Sequence record: NC_070985.1
From: Escherichia phage O18-011
Length of the DNA: 64,000 nt
Reading direction: 5' to 3' (one strand)
Shown here: in pieces, positions 19,770-30,576 of the stretch
How positions within the stretch are numbered: position 1 is the stretch's first letter
Layout of the letters: the number at the start of each line of letters is the position of its first letter
Program-made: the position numbers and the translations under genes
The notes under the pieces: model-generated
The model's input: only the letters and a program-made list of their open reading frames with translations
What the model was told of the DNA's origin: nothing
Databases searched by the model: none

Positions 19770-20822
19770 TTAGTTTGCTCCAAATGCCCCTAAGACACCA
19801 CCTAAGATATTACTACCTGCTGTGGATAACCAGTTAGACTGACCTTTCTGTTGAGAAAGATTAGAACCTCCAATCATAGGACCAGCCATTCCAGATTGTC
19901 CACCTGAGTTGTTATAGGAACTCCAAGCATTCTGAGTCTGTTGGTTAGGAGAGAAAGCTCCCATACGACCTGCAATACCCAAACCAGTGATACCAGCACC
20001 TAGGAGCTGTTGTCCAGTATTAATCCCCGGAGCAGCATTCTTAATAGTGTATCCAGCCATCGGGCTTACACTGTTTAGTACATTAAGCTGATTGTTAAGC
20101 TGATTCCATCCATACTGCTGAGAGCCGATAGCATTCTGCCAATTAATATCAGCCTGAGCTTGGGCTTGTTGCTGTTGCAGATTACCAGCCATGAGCTGAT
20201 TCTGGATAGCCTGTTGAGTTGCCTGAACACCTTGAGCACCTAGGTTGAGGTTCTGTCCAGCTAGACCGGATTGAGCACCAAGTAACCCTCTCTGGAAGTT
20301 CTGATCTTGTTGCAGAGCACTTACACCCATATTCTTGCCACTGATAGTACGAGACAGGTTCGTATTAGCACCATTCAAAGCAGCCCCTTGAGCCGCAGCC
20401 CTACGGAGAGAACCAGAGTCAGAGCCATTGCCAAGAGAGACATTAGAAGCTGCTTTGCTAGTAGCTTGTGCAAGAGCTGAGTTGTTTAGTCCTTTACTAA
20501 AGTTGTTAACCCCTTCAGCCGTAACTCCACCTCCATTAACAATATTCTGATACTGTTGAGCAAGAGAGTTCAGTTGGTCTAAACCTTGCTGTGTACGAGG
20601 TGTGTACATATCAGCCAATTGTTTTTGAGTTGTAGAAGCTGCTAAGTTATTCAGAGCACCTTGTTGGTTGCCATTAAACCCAGCCAGCTGTTGGGAAATA
20701 AATCCCTGATCGTTGTTCTGCATATTCTGAGCATTAGCAACAATCTGCTTCAGCAGGGCATCAACCTGAGAGGAAGGAGCCACTGTGGTTTTGCTAGAAG
20801 CTGATTTTCCAAATAAAGACAT
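19770..20822 (-). CDS. Gln/Asn/Gly-rich virion protein, paralog 2
   Basis: Starts MSLFGKSASSKTT; same compositional architecture as 18789-19757. Confidence 0.5.
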   Translation of the reverse strand: MSLFGKSASSKTTVAPSSQVDALLKQIVANAQNMQNNDQGFISQQLAGFNGNQQGALNNLAASTTQKQLADMYTPRTQQGLDQLNSLAQQYQNIVNGGGVTAEGVNNFSKGLNNSALAQATSKAASNVSLGNGSDSGSLRRAAAQGAALNGANTNLSRTISGKNMGVSALQQDQNFQRGLLGAQSGLAGQNLNLGAQGVQATQQAIQNQLMAGNLQQQQAQAQADINWQNAIGSQQYGWNQLNNQLNVLNSVSPMAGYTIKNAAPGINTGQQLLGAGITGLGIAGRMGAFSPNQQTQNAWSSYNNSGGQSGMAGPMIGGSNLSQQKGQSNWLSTAGSNILGGVLGAFGAN

Positions 20823-20841
20823 AAGTCCTCCTTAACGATTA

Positions 20842-21624
20842 TTACTTAACACCAATGCTAGCCAAACGTCTGAGCACTGCTTGTGTTTGTGGACTATACT
20901 GAGAACCTGCTGCATGAGGTGTACTCACTCTCTGAACTGTTTGAGAAGTAGGAGGTTTACCAGCAAGCATAGCAGCTACTCCTAATACTGCATTACCAAA
21001 GTTCTGTTGAGGCTTCTGGTCTTCACCTTCCTGTACTCCATCAGAGTAAAACTCTACCGGATTACCACCTAAAGCACCTGTCTTAGAAGCAGCAATCTCT
21101 GCCTGAGTGGGAGCCTGTGCAGCCTTCTCTTTGTCTAACAAGTCAGGATTAAACTGATTGACTGGTTGAACAGCTTGCAAAGCTCCAATTGGGTTAGCAA
21201 TCTGAGAAGCTGCATCACCATAGAAAGGGAGAAAATGTTTGTTATTCATTGAGTCAAGAGCCTGAGGAGTAAACCCTTTCTTACCAGCAAACATCTGCCT
21301 AGCACCTCCTGTCCCTTCTGAATAACCAACCATTGCCTTCTTAACATCACCATTGAAAGCTTTCAGGTTGTCTCTGATATAACGAGCACCCATGTCAATA
21401 TTCTTTGCTGGGTCCAGTCTGTCTTCAAGTTTGTATCCATAATCTCTAGCCAATCCTTTACTGATCTGCATTAAACCTACAGGACCAGTTCCAGAGGCTA
21501 CTTTAGGACGTCCACTAGACTCTCTTTGGATGACAGCATGAATCAAAGCAGCTGGTATTCCATACTTCTTTGAAGCCTGTTGCACCATTGGGTCTAATTC
21601 TTCAATACCCATTTTAATTGCCAT
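20842..21624 (-). CDS. lytic transglycosylase (SLT domain), probably virion-associated
   Basis: AVIQRESSGRPKVASGTGPVGLMQISKGLARDYG matches SLT catalytic region (E-S ... GLMQ). Confidence 0.7.
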   Translation of the reverse strand: MAIKMGIEELDPMVQQASKKYGIPAALIHAVIQRESSGRPKVASGTGPVGLMQISKGLARDYGYKLEDRLDPAKNIDMGARYIRDNLKAFNGDVKKAMVGYSEGTGGARQMFAGKKGFTPQALDSMNNKHFLPFYGDAASQIANPIGALQAVQPVNQFNPDLLDKEKAAQAPTQAEIAASKTGALGGNPVEFYSDGVQEGEDQKPQQNFGNAVLGVAAMLAGKPPTSQTVQRVSTPHAAGSQYSPQTQAVLRRLASIGVK

Positions 21625-21636
21625 AATATCTCCTTG

Positions 21637-22668
21637 TTATAGTCCAGCAAAAACCTTAGCTGCGTTTATTACAGGAACTGATAAGTTAACAACAGTGTCA
21701 GCCCCTAGATCGTAATTTTGATTCCACTGAAATAAGTACCTTCCATAACCAGTTCCTATACTAGAGCCACTCATTGTGTGAGATCTCATTTGCTGATATC
21801 TCCATCCACTACCTCGGCCTTTTATTGCACCTATTCCAGAAGTAAGAGGTATCATAGGATATGACATTCCAGTGTTACCACCTCCTGAGCCTATAAAAGT
21901 ATCCACAGTAAAAGGTGTTCTGTTAGTAGAAAATACACATTGAGTGGTTCCCGGAGAGTAGATATTTAAACCTCCATTATGTTCCGGAACACCTGCCCCG
22001 TTGCAGAATACTGCAATTCTAGCAAACACAGAACCACCCTCATTAGTGTTGCCGTTTACGTAAGGTCTGTTCTGGTAGACACGAATAACTCTGTCATCAG
22101 AGGTATAAGACAGTCCGAGTCCTCCATCAGACCAATTAGCAAATACAACAGCATTGGTCATATTGAACCCACCGATATTTGGTATCTGAAGGGCATTGTT
22201 TATGACCCCCTGCCAAGCCCAAATGCATTGACCAACAACCCCGGCATCTGATATGGAAAAGTAGTCTGCTGTATTTGAGAAAGTTATCCCATAGTTTCTA
22301 TCAGCTCTAGGCCAAATCTGGTAGACGTTGAATCCACAGTCAAATAAAGGATTGCCGCCGGGATTCTGGTTCAGAGTCACCCTAAAAGATGAGGTATTTT
22401 CTACATAGATGTTATTTACACAATAAACATCAGGGACTAAGTTAGGAGGGACTTCCCATTGCCAGCATAGAGAACCAGTGGGAACAATAACTATCTGACC
22501 ACTACCATCCCATCCACTAATAGGGAAAGATCTCCCGGCTCCATTGAAGTTAAAACTCCCTCTTATGCTATTCTTGAACTGAGGGAAAGTACTTCCGCTA
22601 TCAATAAACAAGGGAGCGGGGGTTGCTGGCCCCGGCCCTACTGGTTGTGTCCATATTCCATATGCCAT
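21637..22668 (-). CDS. virion/tail protein, function unknown
   Basis: ORF track; beta-rich Gly/Asn-rich sequence. Confidence 0.5.
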   Translation of the reverse strand: MAYGIWTQPVGPGPATPAPLFIDSGSTFPQFKNSIRGSFNFNGAGRSFPISGWDGSGQIVIVPTGSLCWQWEVPPNLVPDVYCVNNIYVENTSSFRVTLNQNPGGNPLFDCGFNVYQIWPRADRNYGITFSNTADYFSISDAGVVGQCIWAWQGVINNALQIPNIGGFNMTNAVVFANWSDGGLGLSYTSDDRVIRVYQNRPYVNGNTNEGGSVFARIAVFCNGAGVPEHNGGLNIYSPGTTQCVFSTNRTPFTVDTFIGSGGGNTGMSYPMIPLTSGIGAIKGRGSGWRYQQMRSHTMSGSSIGTGYGRYLFQWNQNYDLGADTVVNLSVPVINAAKVFAGL

Positions 22669-22669
22669 A

Positions 22670-23638
22670 TTACCAACTCCCTATTCTAATTCTTAGAGCA
22701 CCACTTCCATCGTAGAAGTCTATTCTGTTTCCATTCATCCATAATTGTGCCCCACCTGTACCACCCATAACAAAATCACCACCAACAGTAAGTCTCCAGT
22801 TAGAACCCCACATAGAACCAGCAGTGATTTTATCAGCGGACAAGTTCTGAATCTGAGCATTCGAAATGGATACGTTATCAATCTGTGCCCATTGGATTCT
22901 AGCATTAGCAATCTGAGCAGTTGTGATATTAACATTCTTTATGTCAGCGAATTCCATCATAGCTCTGCCATTCTCAAACACAAAAGGAGTGTTACCAGAG
23001 CTACCATCACCAACAATAAACTTATTGGCTGTTACTTGGAATTGACTGTTTGTTCCGTTGTTAGTTAATTTGACTCCAGCGTATTTTCCATTTACTGTAG
23101 AGTTAATGCCCCACGTAGCTTCGTACTCGGTGAGCTTCATATACTGAGAGACACTTCCTGTTCCATTCGTCAGGTCGGATTGAATAATAGCAATCTCTTG
23201 ACCTTGATCATTAACAATCCCTTCTACCGTTTGAATCTTAGTTGTGTTACCTTCAATACTTGTTTTAAAGCCAGATACAGTGCTTTCTAATTTTACAGGA
23301 GGTTGAACAGATTTATCCCAAATATCTTCAGTGGAGAGGTTTCCCATCTGTGTTTGAATGTCTGCAATAGCTGTTTCTATCTCTGTAGTAATTCTATTCT
23401 CAAGCTCATCAAATTGTAGATTCATCGCATGAAGAGCTTTGATACGAACATCAATCTCTTCGTGAATTTCATCTATAGCTTGGAACATTTGGTTAGTAGC
23501 TGTGCTGACTTTCTGTAGTTCATCATAAACGGCTACGTTATAAGTTTCTGTGTCCTGTACATTATTGAGAAACCCAACGTTGTACGGGAGTGTGGTGTTA
23601 TTGCGACCAGTGTTCTTACGAAAACCACCTGCACCCAT
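22670..23638 (-). CDS. tail-fibre-like protein
   Basis: Start moved to ATG 23638 (GGAGGA RBS) so the gene does not overlap the upstream terminator hairpin; coiled-coil N-part, repetitive beta-rich C-part. Confidence 0.5.
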   Translation of the reverse strand: MGAGGFRKNTGRNNTTLPYNVGFLNNVQDTETYNVAVYDELQKVSTATNQMFQAIDEIHEEIDVRIKALHAMNLQFDELENRITTEIETAIADIQTQMGNLSTEDIWDKSVQPPVKLESTVSGFKTSIEGNTTKIQTVEGIVNDQGQEIAIIQSDLTNGTGSVSQYMKLTEYEATWGINSTVNGKYAGVKLTNNGTNSQFQVTANKFIVGDGSSGNTPFVFENGRAMMEFADIKNVNITTAQIANARIQWAQIDNVSISNAQIQNLSADKITAGSMWGSNWRLTVGGDFVMGGTGGAQLWMNGNRIDFYDGSGALRIRIGSW

Positions 23639-23648
23639 AAGTTCCTCC

Positions 23649-23677
23649 AAAAATAATAAAAGGGGCACGAAGCCCCT
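23649..23677 (-). terminator. rho-independent terminator (- strand)
   Basis: On - strand: GGGGC-ttcgt-GCCCC followed by TTTTATTATTTT. Confidence 0.5.
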
Positions 23678-23682
23678 TGTTG

Positions 23683-26600
23683 TTATCTCCGCCCGCCAAC
23701 AGCAAACTCTATCGTTAATCCATTGATAGCAGCATTACTGTTAACATCATTATCTATAACATTATAGAAAAGGTATGGATGGTTCAGTCTCACCGAGACA
23801 TGCCTGTCAACACCAATTGTATAAGTCTTAGATGTGTGTGGGTGTCCATATTCATTTGAGAATTGACTACCCCCAGCTTCAAAGGTATACGTACCGGAAC
23901 CTGTCGTCTGAGGTCTGAACCTGTTGATATGTTTCTGATTCCATTCGTTAGTGATGTTATCAAAATCAATACCAGTTCTTTCTAATCTCATCTCCAGTGG
24001 TTTTTCTATAACCTTATCATTAAGCCTATCATAGAAATAATCCAAAGCACCAACATCCACTTGATAGAAACCTCGTAAGAACGAACCTACTATCGTAACC
24101 CTCTGCCTGAAGTTTGTTGCATCTTTTCTCCAAACGAGTTCTTTAATAGATGGGTCATCCCAAGTGATTTCTTGGAAGTCAGACCAGATTGGACCTCTCT
24201 CTAAAACAGGAGGGTCAACCAGACCAATACACTGAGCATATGGGATAGTACGGAAAGACCAAGTATCAAACTCATAATTCCATACAGCAGCTTTAGTACA
24301 AGCGAAGCTTTCTTTCGGCTCTCCCGGACCTACATAGAGAACCCAAACTTCTTTCTTATCCTGATGCAAGTGTACTCGAGTTGCTAGAGGATTAACCAGA
24401 CACACCTCATTAATCAGCATGTTCTTAACACGGTTAGATGCAATTGACTTCTTGGTTGCACCATTGTGTAAGATTACATCGTTCTGAGTAACTACGAAGT
24501 GGCTACCTTCTACTTCAACCACACACTCAGGAGCAAGGATACCAGAGTCGTTAAAGAGTTTCTTGAACATCAGAGGTTGGTATGTGTTATTAGTAGGAGA
24601 ACCAATATACGTTTCAAACTCTGTATAAACGAACAAGTAATCTTTAAGAGGTAGGATATCAATCAAGCTACCATTAGAATCCGCTAAGTCAATGTAACCA
24701 GCATATCCATTTTCTAAAGCCTGAGTCTGTCCTACGATGTTAGAAGCCAAGTCCGAAGACACAACTCGATCATAGGCAAAGTCATCCCACAGTGTAGGAG
24801 CTTTGTTCTCATTGGCAAAGTTAGACCAACGAAGACGAAGTGGGTAGTTAGTGGTAACACCAGATGCATTAGACTCCCTCATATTCAGAGCAAACAATCT
24901 GTTGTTGAAAGATCTTACTCTCTCACACTTCCAGTTGAATTTCTTAACCGAAGGGTTTCCATCGTTATCCACTACTGTCTGTTCACCCCATCCCGGAAGA
25001 TCTACAAAGTATTCTGATTCGAATTCTTTTACCTGAGGAGTTTCATAGTGAGTTGTAGCAACTGCACAGTTAGAGATAACAGCGTGATACCAAGGATAGT
25101 CATCAAAAGCATCGTAATCCTTCTGAGTCATCTGGCTGACAGTACATGTTACGTTAATCTCTCCTTTACGAAGAGCAACCAGTTTGATAGATTTACCAGT
25201 AACTGAAGTTGTAGAAACATAACCTGTCTTATCAACAGACCACTGATAGGAGTACTCACCTTCTGGAGAAGCTGTAGCTGTGATAACAATCTCTTCACCA
25301 ACATCGAGAGAAGCGCTGACAACATCTAAGGTTACGGATGACAAAGTGGTTGCTAGTAAAGAAGCTCTTGCAAAACCTTCAATATCGTTTACGTTAGAAT
25401 AGTCGTAGAAGCTGTTACCTTCGTACATACCAGATGTGTCAATACCAGACGTAGGCTCAGCAAAATAAACCGTCTCTTCACTTTCAGGTGGAGTTACTAC
25501 TTCTTCCTCTTGTGATTCAATTGGTTCTGATGCAGGTGCAGCAAATGCCATAGCACTTGTTCTCATCGCCCTTCCAGCTAAGTCTACTCGTACAGTACAG
25601 ACAGCGACTCTGTTACCTTCTTGAGTGGTAGCCGTAATCTCAGTAAAGCCAGCGAGTAAAGCATTAACCGTACCTTGTGTGCTGGTCCCTGATACTGTTG
25701 CAATATTTGGATTAGAAGAAGTCCAAGTAATGTTTTGATTAGGGGCATTAGCAGGAGAAAGAGTAGCAGTTAAGATGTACTGAGAACCTCTACTAACTAT
25801 CACATCTGACTGACTTAAAGTGATACTATCAATCTGAGGGATGGAAACAACCTCACAAGAAGTAGTTTTCGTTCCGTTATCAGCAGTGATTGTTACATTG
25901 CCCTCGCCATTAGCAGTAATAACAGCAGTTAGGGAATTAGCATTAGGGGTTACAGATACAATAGAAGCATTGCTGCTGGACCAAGTTACAGGGGTTTTAC
26001 CAGTAACAGCTGTAAGAGTGGTAGTCCCTCCTTTACGAATAGTAACCGTATCTTGACTCAAGAAGATTCCCGAATCTCCATCTATAATGTTAACAGCAAT
26101 CTGAGCCACTACAGAGTCATCAGCAGTAGATATGGTTACTACAAGATTACCCTCTCTCTCAAAAGATGTTAGAGTAGCAAGTTTAGAATCACTAGGGTCT
26201 ACTGTAATACTTCCATAAGATGAATTACTAACCTCCCAAACAAGATCGGTATTGTTAGCATCAGCAGGAAGAAGAGAAACTTCTAGATTCTTAGTCTGAT
26301 TGAAGTTCATTGAAATAGTTGATTCTTTTGGAACAATCTGAGAAACAACTGGATAAATCTTAATTGAGGCAGAAGCCTTTTTAGTGACTGTAGCAACCTT
26401 ACGGCTAATGTCAGTCAAGCTTTCATCTGTCAGTTTATATAACTTCTTATCCGTACCTACAACAAGAAAGCTATTACCTGCGCTATAATAATCGAAAGGC
26501 ATAGACACGAAAGACAGAGGGGTTAAATCCTTATCTTCATCTACATAAGAAAGAGGGGCATTGCCCCCCGTCTTAAATACTCTCTGCTCAACAAATCGAG

Positions 26601-26700
26601 CATTTATAGCATTAGTGAAAGCATTAGGAGCTAAGTCTGTCGGAGCCTGATCAGCGATAACGCCTACAGCACCTAATGACTTTATTGGATACAGCGCCAT
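23683..26700 (-). CDS. large tail protein with Ig-like (Big_2-type) repeats; possible nozzle/tail tubular B analogue
   Basis: 1005 aa; Thr/Ser-rich Ig-like repeats in the centre; position after lysozyme and 267 aa protein; assignment by architecture only. Confidence 0.45.
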   Translation of the reverse strand: MALYPIKSLGAVGVIADQAPTDLAPNAFTNAINARFVEQRVFKTGGNAPLSYVDEDKDLTPLSFVSMPFDYYSAGNSFLVVGTDKKLYKLTDESLTDISRKVATVTKKASASIKIYPVVSQIVPKESTISMNFNQTKNLEVSLLPADANNTDLVWEVSNSSYGSITVDPSDSKLATLTSFEREGNLVVTISTADDSVVAQIAVNIIDGDSGIFLSQDTVTIRKGGTTTLTAVTGKTPVTWSSSNASIVSVTPNANSLTAVITANGEGNVTITADNGTKTTSCEVVSIPQIDSITLSQSDVIVSRGSQYILTATLSPANAPNQNITWTSSNPNIATVSGTSTQGTVNALLAGFTEITATTQEGNRVAVCTVRVDLAGRAMRTSAMAFAAPASEPIESQEEEVVTPPESEETVYFAEPTSGIDTSGMYEGNSFYDYSNVNDIEGFARASLLATTLSSVTLDVVSASLDVGEEIVITATASPEGEYSYQWSVDKTGYVSTTSVTGKSIKLVALRKGEINVTCTVSQMTQKDYDAFDDYPWYHAVISNCAVATTHYETPQVKEFESEYFVDLPGWGEQTVVDNDGNPSVKKFNWKCERVRSFNNRLFALNMRESNASGVTTNYPLRLRWSNFANENKAPTLWDDFAYDRVVSSDLASNIVGQTQALENGYAGYIDLADSNGSLIDILPLKDYLFVYTEFETYIGSPTNNTYQPLMFKKLFNDSGILAPECVVEVEGSHFVVTQNDVILHNGATKKSIASNRVKNMLINEVCLVNPLATRVHLHQDKKEVWVLYVGPGEPKESFACTKAAVWNYEFDTWSFRTIPYAQCIGLVDPPVLERGPIWSDFQEITWDDPSIKELVWRKDATNFRQRVTIVGSFLRGFYQVDVGALDYFYDRLNDKVIEKPLEMRLERTGIDFDNITNEWNQKHINRFRPQTTGSGTYTFEAGGSQFSNEYGHPHTSKTYTIGVDRHVSVRLNHPYLFYNVIDNDVNSNAAINGLTIEFAVGGRR

Positions 26701-26709
26701 AATTCCTCC

Positions 26710-27513
26710 TTAGCTAATACGTCTCCAAATGTGAGCCGCTCTGAATGGTGGCAAAGTATTAATAGGTTGACGAGAAATATCATCACGACCAAGACTCACA
26801 CTACCAGAGATTGTATGAGTGTGTGTATCATTCTCAGTTCTCTGACTATAACCACCACCCGGACTGTACCAGTTAGGTGAGCTGTTGTGACCACTAGCAT
26901 CCCCACGACCAAATACCATGTTGTGGTTGTGAGTGTTACTGGATAGAGAGAAGCTGGAGCCATTAACTGTCATCAAAGGTACGTTCTCTGTACGAATGGT
27001 ATTGAAGACACGACCACCTGTACCACCTGCTTGGAACTCGACTCTCTGAGCATTAGGAACAGAGCCATCAGGGTTTACAACACCAGTACCCATAATGACA
27101 CCAGTAACTTTAGCCCAAGAACCAAACCCTAGGGAGATTGAGTCACCGGGGTTAATATCTTCTTCAGTGATGTAGTAAGAACCAATTCGATAGAGCTTAT
27201 TCTCCATCCAGTTTTTCATGAACGCTTCCATCTGGCCTTTAGTAACAACGTCCTTGTCACCAGTCCCCGGAGTGACGTTCTTAATCATTAGACCACCAAC
27301 ATCCATTGCATCACCAGTAAACTTAAGTTTCTCTGACATAATCTTAAAAGTGTCAGAATCAATATCAACTGGTTCTGTGACATTGGGGAATGTGTTCTGT
27401 AGTGTTTGTTTAATGAGGCGGATTTGAGCCGCCCCTTCGTAGATGTAATCCCTATCTCTAGGATAGAGAGGGTTTAAGTCGGTAACAACTACCGCATTAG
27501 TTTCGATAGCCAT
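26710..27513 (-). CDS. tail protein, function unknown
   Basis: ORF track; Gly/Ser/His-rich C-terminal region. Confidence 0.45.
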   Translation of the reverse strand: MAIETNAVVVTDLNPLYPRDRDYIYEGAAQIRLIKQTLQNTFPNVTEPVDIDSDTFKIMSEKLKFTGDAMDVGGLMIKNVTPGTGDKDVVTKGQMEAFMKNWMENKLYRIGSYYITEEDINPGDSISLGFGSWAKVTGVIMGTGVVNPDGSVPNAQRVEFQAGGTGGRVFNTIRTENVPLMTVNGSSFSLSSNTHNHNMVFGRGDASGHNSSPNWYSPGGGYSQRTENDTHTHTISGSVSLGRDDISRQPINTLPPFRAAHIWRRIS

Positions 27514-27525
27514 AAGGCACCTCCA

Positions 27526-28017
27526 TTAGTATTTACCTTCAGTGTAAAGATCAGCTTCTGCAACCCTTCTGTTATGAAGACCCTGATTTCTCTGCTTTTC
27601 TCCCCTGACTGTTATTTTATCCCAACGAAGAAATTCGGAATAAACATCCCCTTTCACTTCTCCATTGATAACCTTCCTTAACTTAGATGTCCTCAAAGCC
27701 CCACTGCCAACATTGAAGTTGAAAGAAGTGAGTGCATCAAACTCATGAACTAGTAAAGGAACCTTTATGTTCTTCTGAGTAGCACGAACAGAGTCTTGTG
27801 TGTCTCTATCTAGCAGAGCTAGACAATCCTCTATAGAATATGTTAATCCTTGCCTAACCGGATAACCATTCATATCGCGCGTAGCCCCTACACATATCGT
27901 CCAGATACCTGCGGAATCTTTATAAGCCTTGGTTCTCATACCCTCATGCTTCATGATGAATTCCATTCCAGCTGGGCTTAAGTTTAGTTGTACAGGTGGC
28001 AATGCGGCGTTATCCAT
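27526..28017 (-). CDS. lysozyme (GH24, T4-lysozyme-like muramidase)
   Basis: IMKHEGMRTKAYKDSAGIWTICVGAT: Glu-9 aa-Asp-6 aa-Thr spacing matches the T4 lysozyme catalytic triad. Confidence 0.75.
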   Translation of the reverse strand: MDNAALPPVQLNLSPAGMEFIMKHEGMRTKAYKDSAGIWTICVGATRDMNGYPVRQGLTYSIEDCLALLDRDTQDSVRATQKNIKVPLLVHEFDALTSFNFNVGSGALRTSKLRKVINGEVKGDVYSEFLRWDKITVRGEKQRNQGLHNRRVAEADLYTEGKY

Positions 28018-28045
28018 TTCTAACCTCCTTTGTGGTCCCTTTAAA

Positions 28046-28264
28046 TTAAGGTAGTATCTTTCTCAGAGCGTTAGATTCAGCATCAGGGCAAATAACAACT
28101 AGATTATTTTGGATGGTTCGCTGCTTACATTGAGAACTAAGTTTCTCTACTGGAGCAGGTGCTGTAACTAATGGATGAACTGCGCTTACAGGGACTGCGG
28201 TTGATACCACAACACCTGCACCTAAACAGATTAAACCGTATGCAGCTTGTTTCATCATTTTCAT
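28046..28264 (-). CDS. small secreted or membrane protein
   Basis: N-terminal hydrophobic segment AAYGLICLGAGVVVSTAVPVSA; no lipobox; directly upstream of lysozyme. Confidence 0.45.
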   Translation of the reverse strand: MKMMKQAAYGLICLGAGVVVSTAVPVSAVHPLVTAPAPVEKLSSQCKQRTIQNNLVVICPDAESNALRKILP

Positions 28265-28333
28265 TTACGTATCTCCTATATATTAACCTCTTGGGATATA
28301 TTAGTTTCATTACCTATTAGCTCTAGTTACTAC

Positions 28334-28350
28334 TAAAGCCCCCGAAGGGG
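28334..28350 (-). terminator. UUCG-loop hairpin downstream of tail spike gene
   Basis: - strand GCCCC-TTCG-GGGGC then TTTA; same 16-mer also at 30577-30592. Confidence 0.35.
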
Positions 28351-28357
28351 CAGTAGT

Positions 28358-30565
28358 TTATTTACTTGCCTTTAGATCGGCAATCTCAGCTTTCAACGCA
28401 TCAATTTCAGCGATGAGTTTCTGCACAACGTGCATGGTATCCAGAAGCATTGGCGTGGTGTCCAGTTCCTTCTGCTCAACCATAGGATCGCCGATATTTT
28501 TACCCGGATACATTCTGGTTTTCACATACAGGCTATCTACCGTCTCAGCTTGTTGTGCGATGAGGCCACGGCGCTGACGCTCTTGTTCATCGTTGTTGTA
28601 GATGAACGTTACGAACTGCAAAGCCTTCAGATTCTGCCATGCTTTGTCGACAGTTGTTGGCGTAATATCATGCTTAACACGCGAGTCGGATACACCGTTG
28701 CGCGTGTATGTAAACTCTCCTTGTTCTGTAGACCCCCAGAATTGACCGTCCACACCAAACATGTATCTACACCAAGAGCTATCAGAGCCGATTGATATTA
28801 CCGCCGAACCGAAATTGTACGAACTCTCGGGCCAGATGTATTGGTGAAAACCAACTTTCGTCGGGTAGGCGTCAGGACGTACAGCACCAATAGAAAATCC
28901 TAGTACTAAAGTATCTGAAGCGGTTGATTCCAGCACCCTGTCAACCCCACCCGATGTTAAGTCGGTGTGTGATGCGGTTGAAACGTTATCCCAACTTGAG
29001 GTGGTAGTGTACATGTTAACTCGGTTTGAACTTCCAGTTTTCCTGAAGTCCACTGTACCATCTTCATAGAATTTATAGGCGTGTTTGCCTGCCCCTTCTG
29101 CCTCAATAACAGCCGCGCCAGGAGAACCCCAGACAGTGTCCGAGTATAGACGAGCAAACCGCTTACCTTCCTGGTTAGAATACTCAGATATCACCTCACC
29201 ACCACGAACAGTGGTACCGGACGAAGGAGCGGTCGCGTCTGCGTTCTTAACACTCCACGACGTGTTGGCCGCCACGAAACCACCAGAAGCACGGATTACC
29301 CAGACGCCATAAAAAGAATTAGGTCGTATCTCTGACACACTCTGTCGACCGTACACAGGACTGCTTTTACTTGCTGAAAAGTCTGTGCCGAATGACTGTT
29401 GACCGCTAGTGACAGAACCAATATTAATCGCTGAATCAGTGACTGACCCGCCTGCAAAGAAGGCTCCGCTACGGTTTTGCACTAAGGAGTATACGCCACC
29501 GTTGTAGACGAAGCTACTCGTGGTGAAGCCACCTTTTATATCTGGTGCTGCTGACTCTTCAACGCGACCATTATGCGACGAATCACCTCCGTCACCACGA
29601 CCGAAAAGTGCAGGCACGCTACCAGACTGCACACCGTTACGGTCAGGTACGCGGAAGGTTGTCGTCCCGTTACCAAGCGAGTATTTACCGCGTTTTGCTG
29701 GGTCCGCCAGCCAGTCTGTATCACTGATAGGTGACAGCATTTGCGCATAAGCCCAAAGTTCAGGCCAGTCTGCGCGATTAAGCAATTGCCCGTCTGACAC
29801 TACCTCATATGGCTGAATGTATGCACGGCTATCGCGTAAGTGGAAATCACCAATACCAAAGTTAGAAATACCACTCATGGTAGGACCACCAGAGCCACCT
29901 CCACTGTTACGAAGCTGTCTCATAGTCACAGCGTCATAGTCACCCACACCGTCTGCGATTGTTACAGGCTGTTGGAAAGTTACCTTCTGAGTAAACTGTT
30001 TGATATCAGAGTTAATTCCTGTACGGTTCACACCAATAGTACGACCTTTAGAGTCCTTAACATAAGAGCCAATGGCTGCAAATGGTAAATCTTCAATCTC
30101 AGGACGGAAACGTTTAGAGTAAACTGGATATTTAGTTTCTACACCAGAGTCGTTCTTATCAACAACCACAACACGACCAGCAGAGTGAATCTCTACTCCT
30201 TGAACAGAAGACTCGTAACTTCCAAGTTTAATAGAGTTCTCTGTAGTGACCTTAATCATATCCACAGATTCCACACCATTAGCTCCAGCAGAACGGAAAG
30301 GGATATTATTATCTACGAAAGGGTCAGCTTTAAACAAAGCACCTTCCATGATAGGTTGAATAGAATCTAAAACATAAGTCTTAGAAGCACCTTCAGTTTT
30401 TGTTTGATAGGTATCTTCCGCATCTGTCTTCTGTAGGTATTTACCAGTAAGATCAACTGCACCAGCAACTCCATCTACAGTGGAGACACCAACAACCGCA
30501 GCATCTCTGGTTACTACTACATGAGGCATCATTATGCCAGATTTGGGCATTAACTCTCTAGCCAT
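28358..30565 (-). CDS. tail spike / L-shaped fibre with C-terminal intramolecular chaperone (S74-type) domain
   Basis: 735 aa; C-terminus ...DSRVKHDITP...LYVKTRMYP...LLDTMHVVQKLIAEIDALKAEIADLKASK resembles autoproteolytic chaperone domains of endosialidase-type tail spikes. Confidence 0.65.
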   Translation of the reverse strand: MARELMPKSGIMMPHVVVTRDAAVVGVSTVDGVAGAVDLTGKYLQKTDAEDTYQTKTEGASKTYVLDSIQPIMEGALFKADPFVDNNIPFRSAGANGVESVDMIKVTTENSIKLGSYESSVQGVEIHSAGRVVVVDKNDSGVETKYPVYSKRFRPEIEDLPFAAIGSYVKDSKGRTIGVNRTGINSDIKQFTQKVTFQQPVTIADGVGDYDAVTMRQLRNSGGGSGGPTMSGISNFGIGDFHLRDSRAYIQPYEVVSDGQLLNRADWPELWAYAQMLSPISDTDWLADPAKRGKYSLGNGTTTFRVPDRNGVQSGSVPALFGRGDGGDSSHNGRVEESAAPDIKGGFTTSSFVYNGGVYSLVQNRSGAFFAGGSVTDSAINIGSVTSGQQSFGTDFSASKSSPVYGRQSVSEIRPNSFYGVWVIRASGGFVAANTSWSVKNADATAPSSGTTVRGGEVISEYSNQEGKRFARLYSDTVWGSPGAAVIEAEGAGKHAYKFYEDGTVDFRKTGSSNRVNMYTTTSSWDNVSTASHTDLTSGGVDRVLESTASDTLVLGFSIGAVRPDAYPTKVGFHQYIWPESSYNFGSAVISIGSDSSWCRYMFGVDGQFWGSTEQGEFTYTRNGVSDSRVKHDITPTTVDKAWQNLKALQFVTFIYNNDEQERQRRGLIAQQAETVDSLYVKTRMYPGKNIGDPMVEQKELDTTPMLLDTMHVVQKLIAEIDALKAEIADLKASK

Positions 30566-30576
30566 TTAAATCTCCT

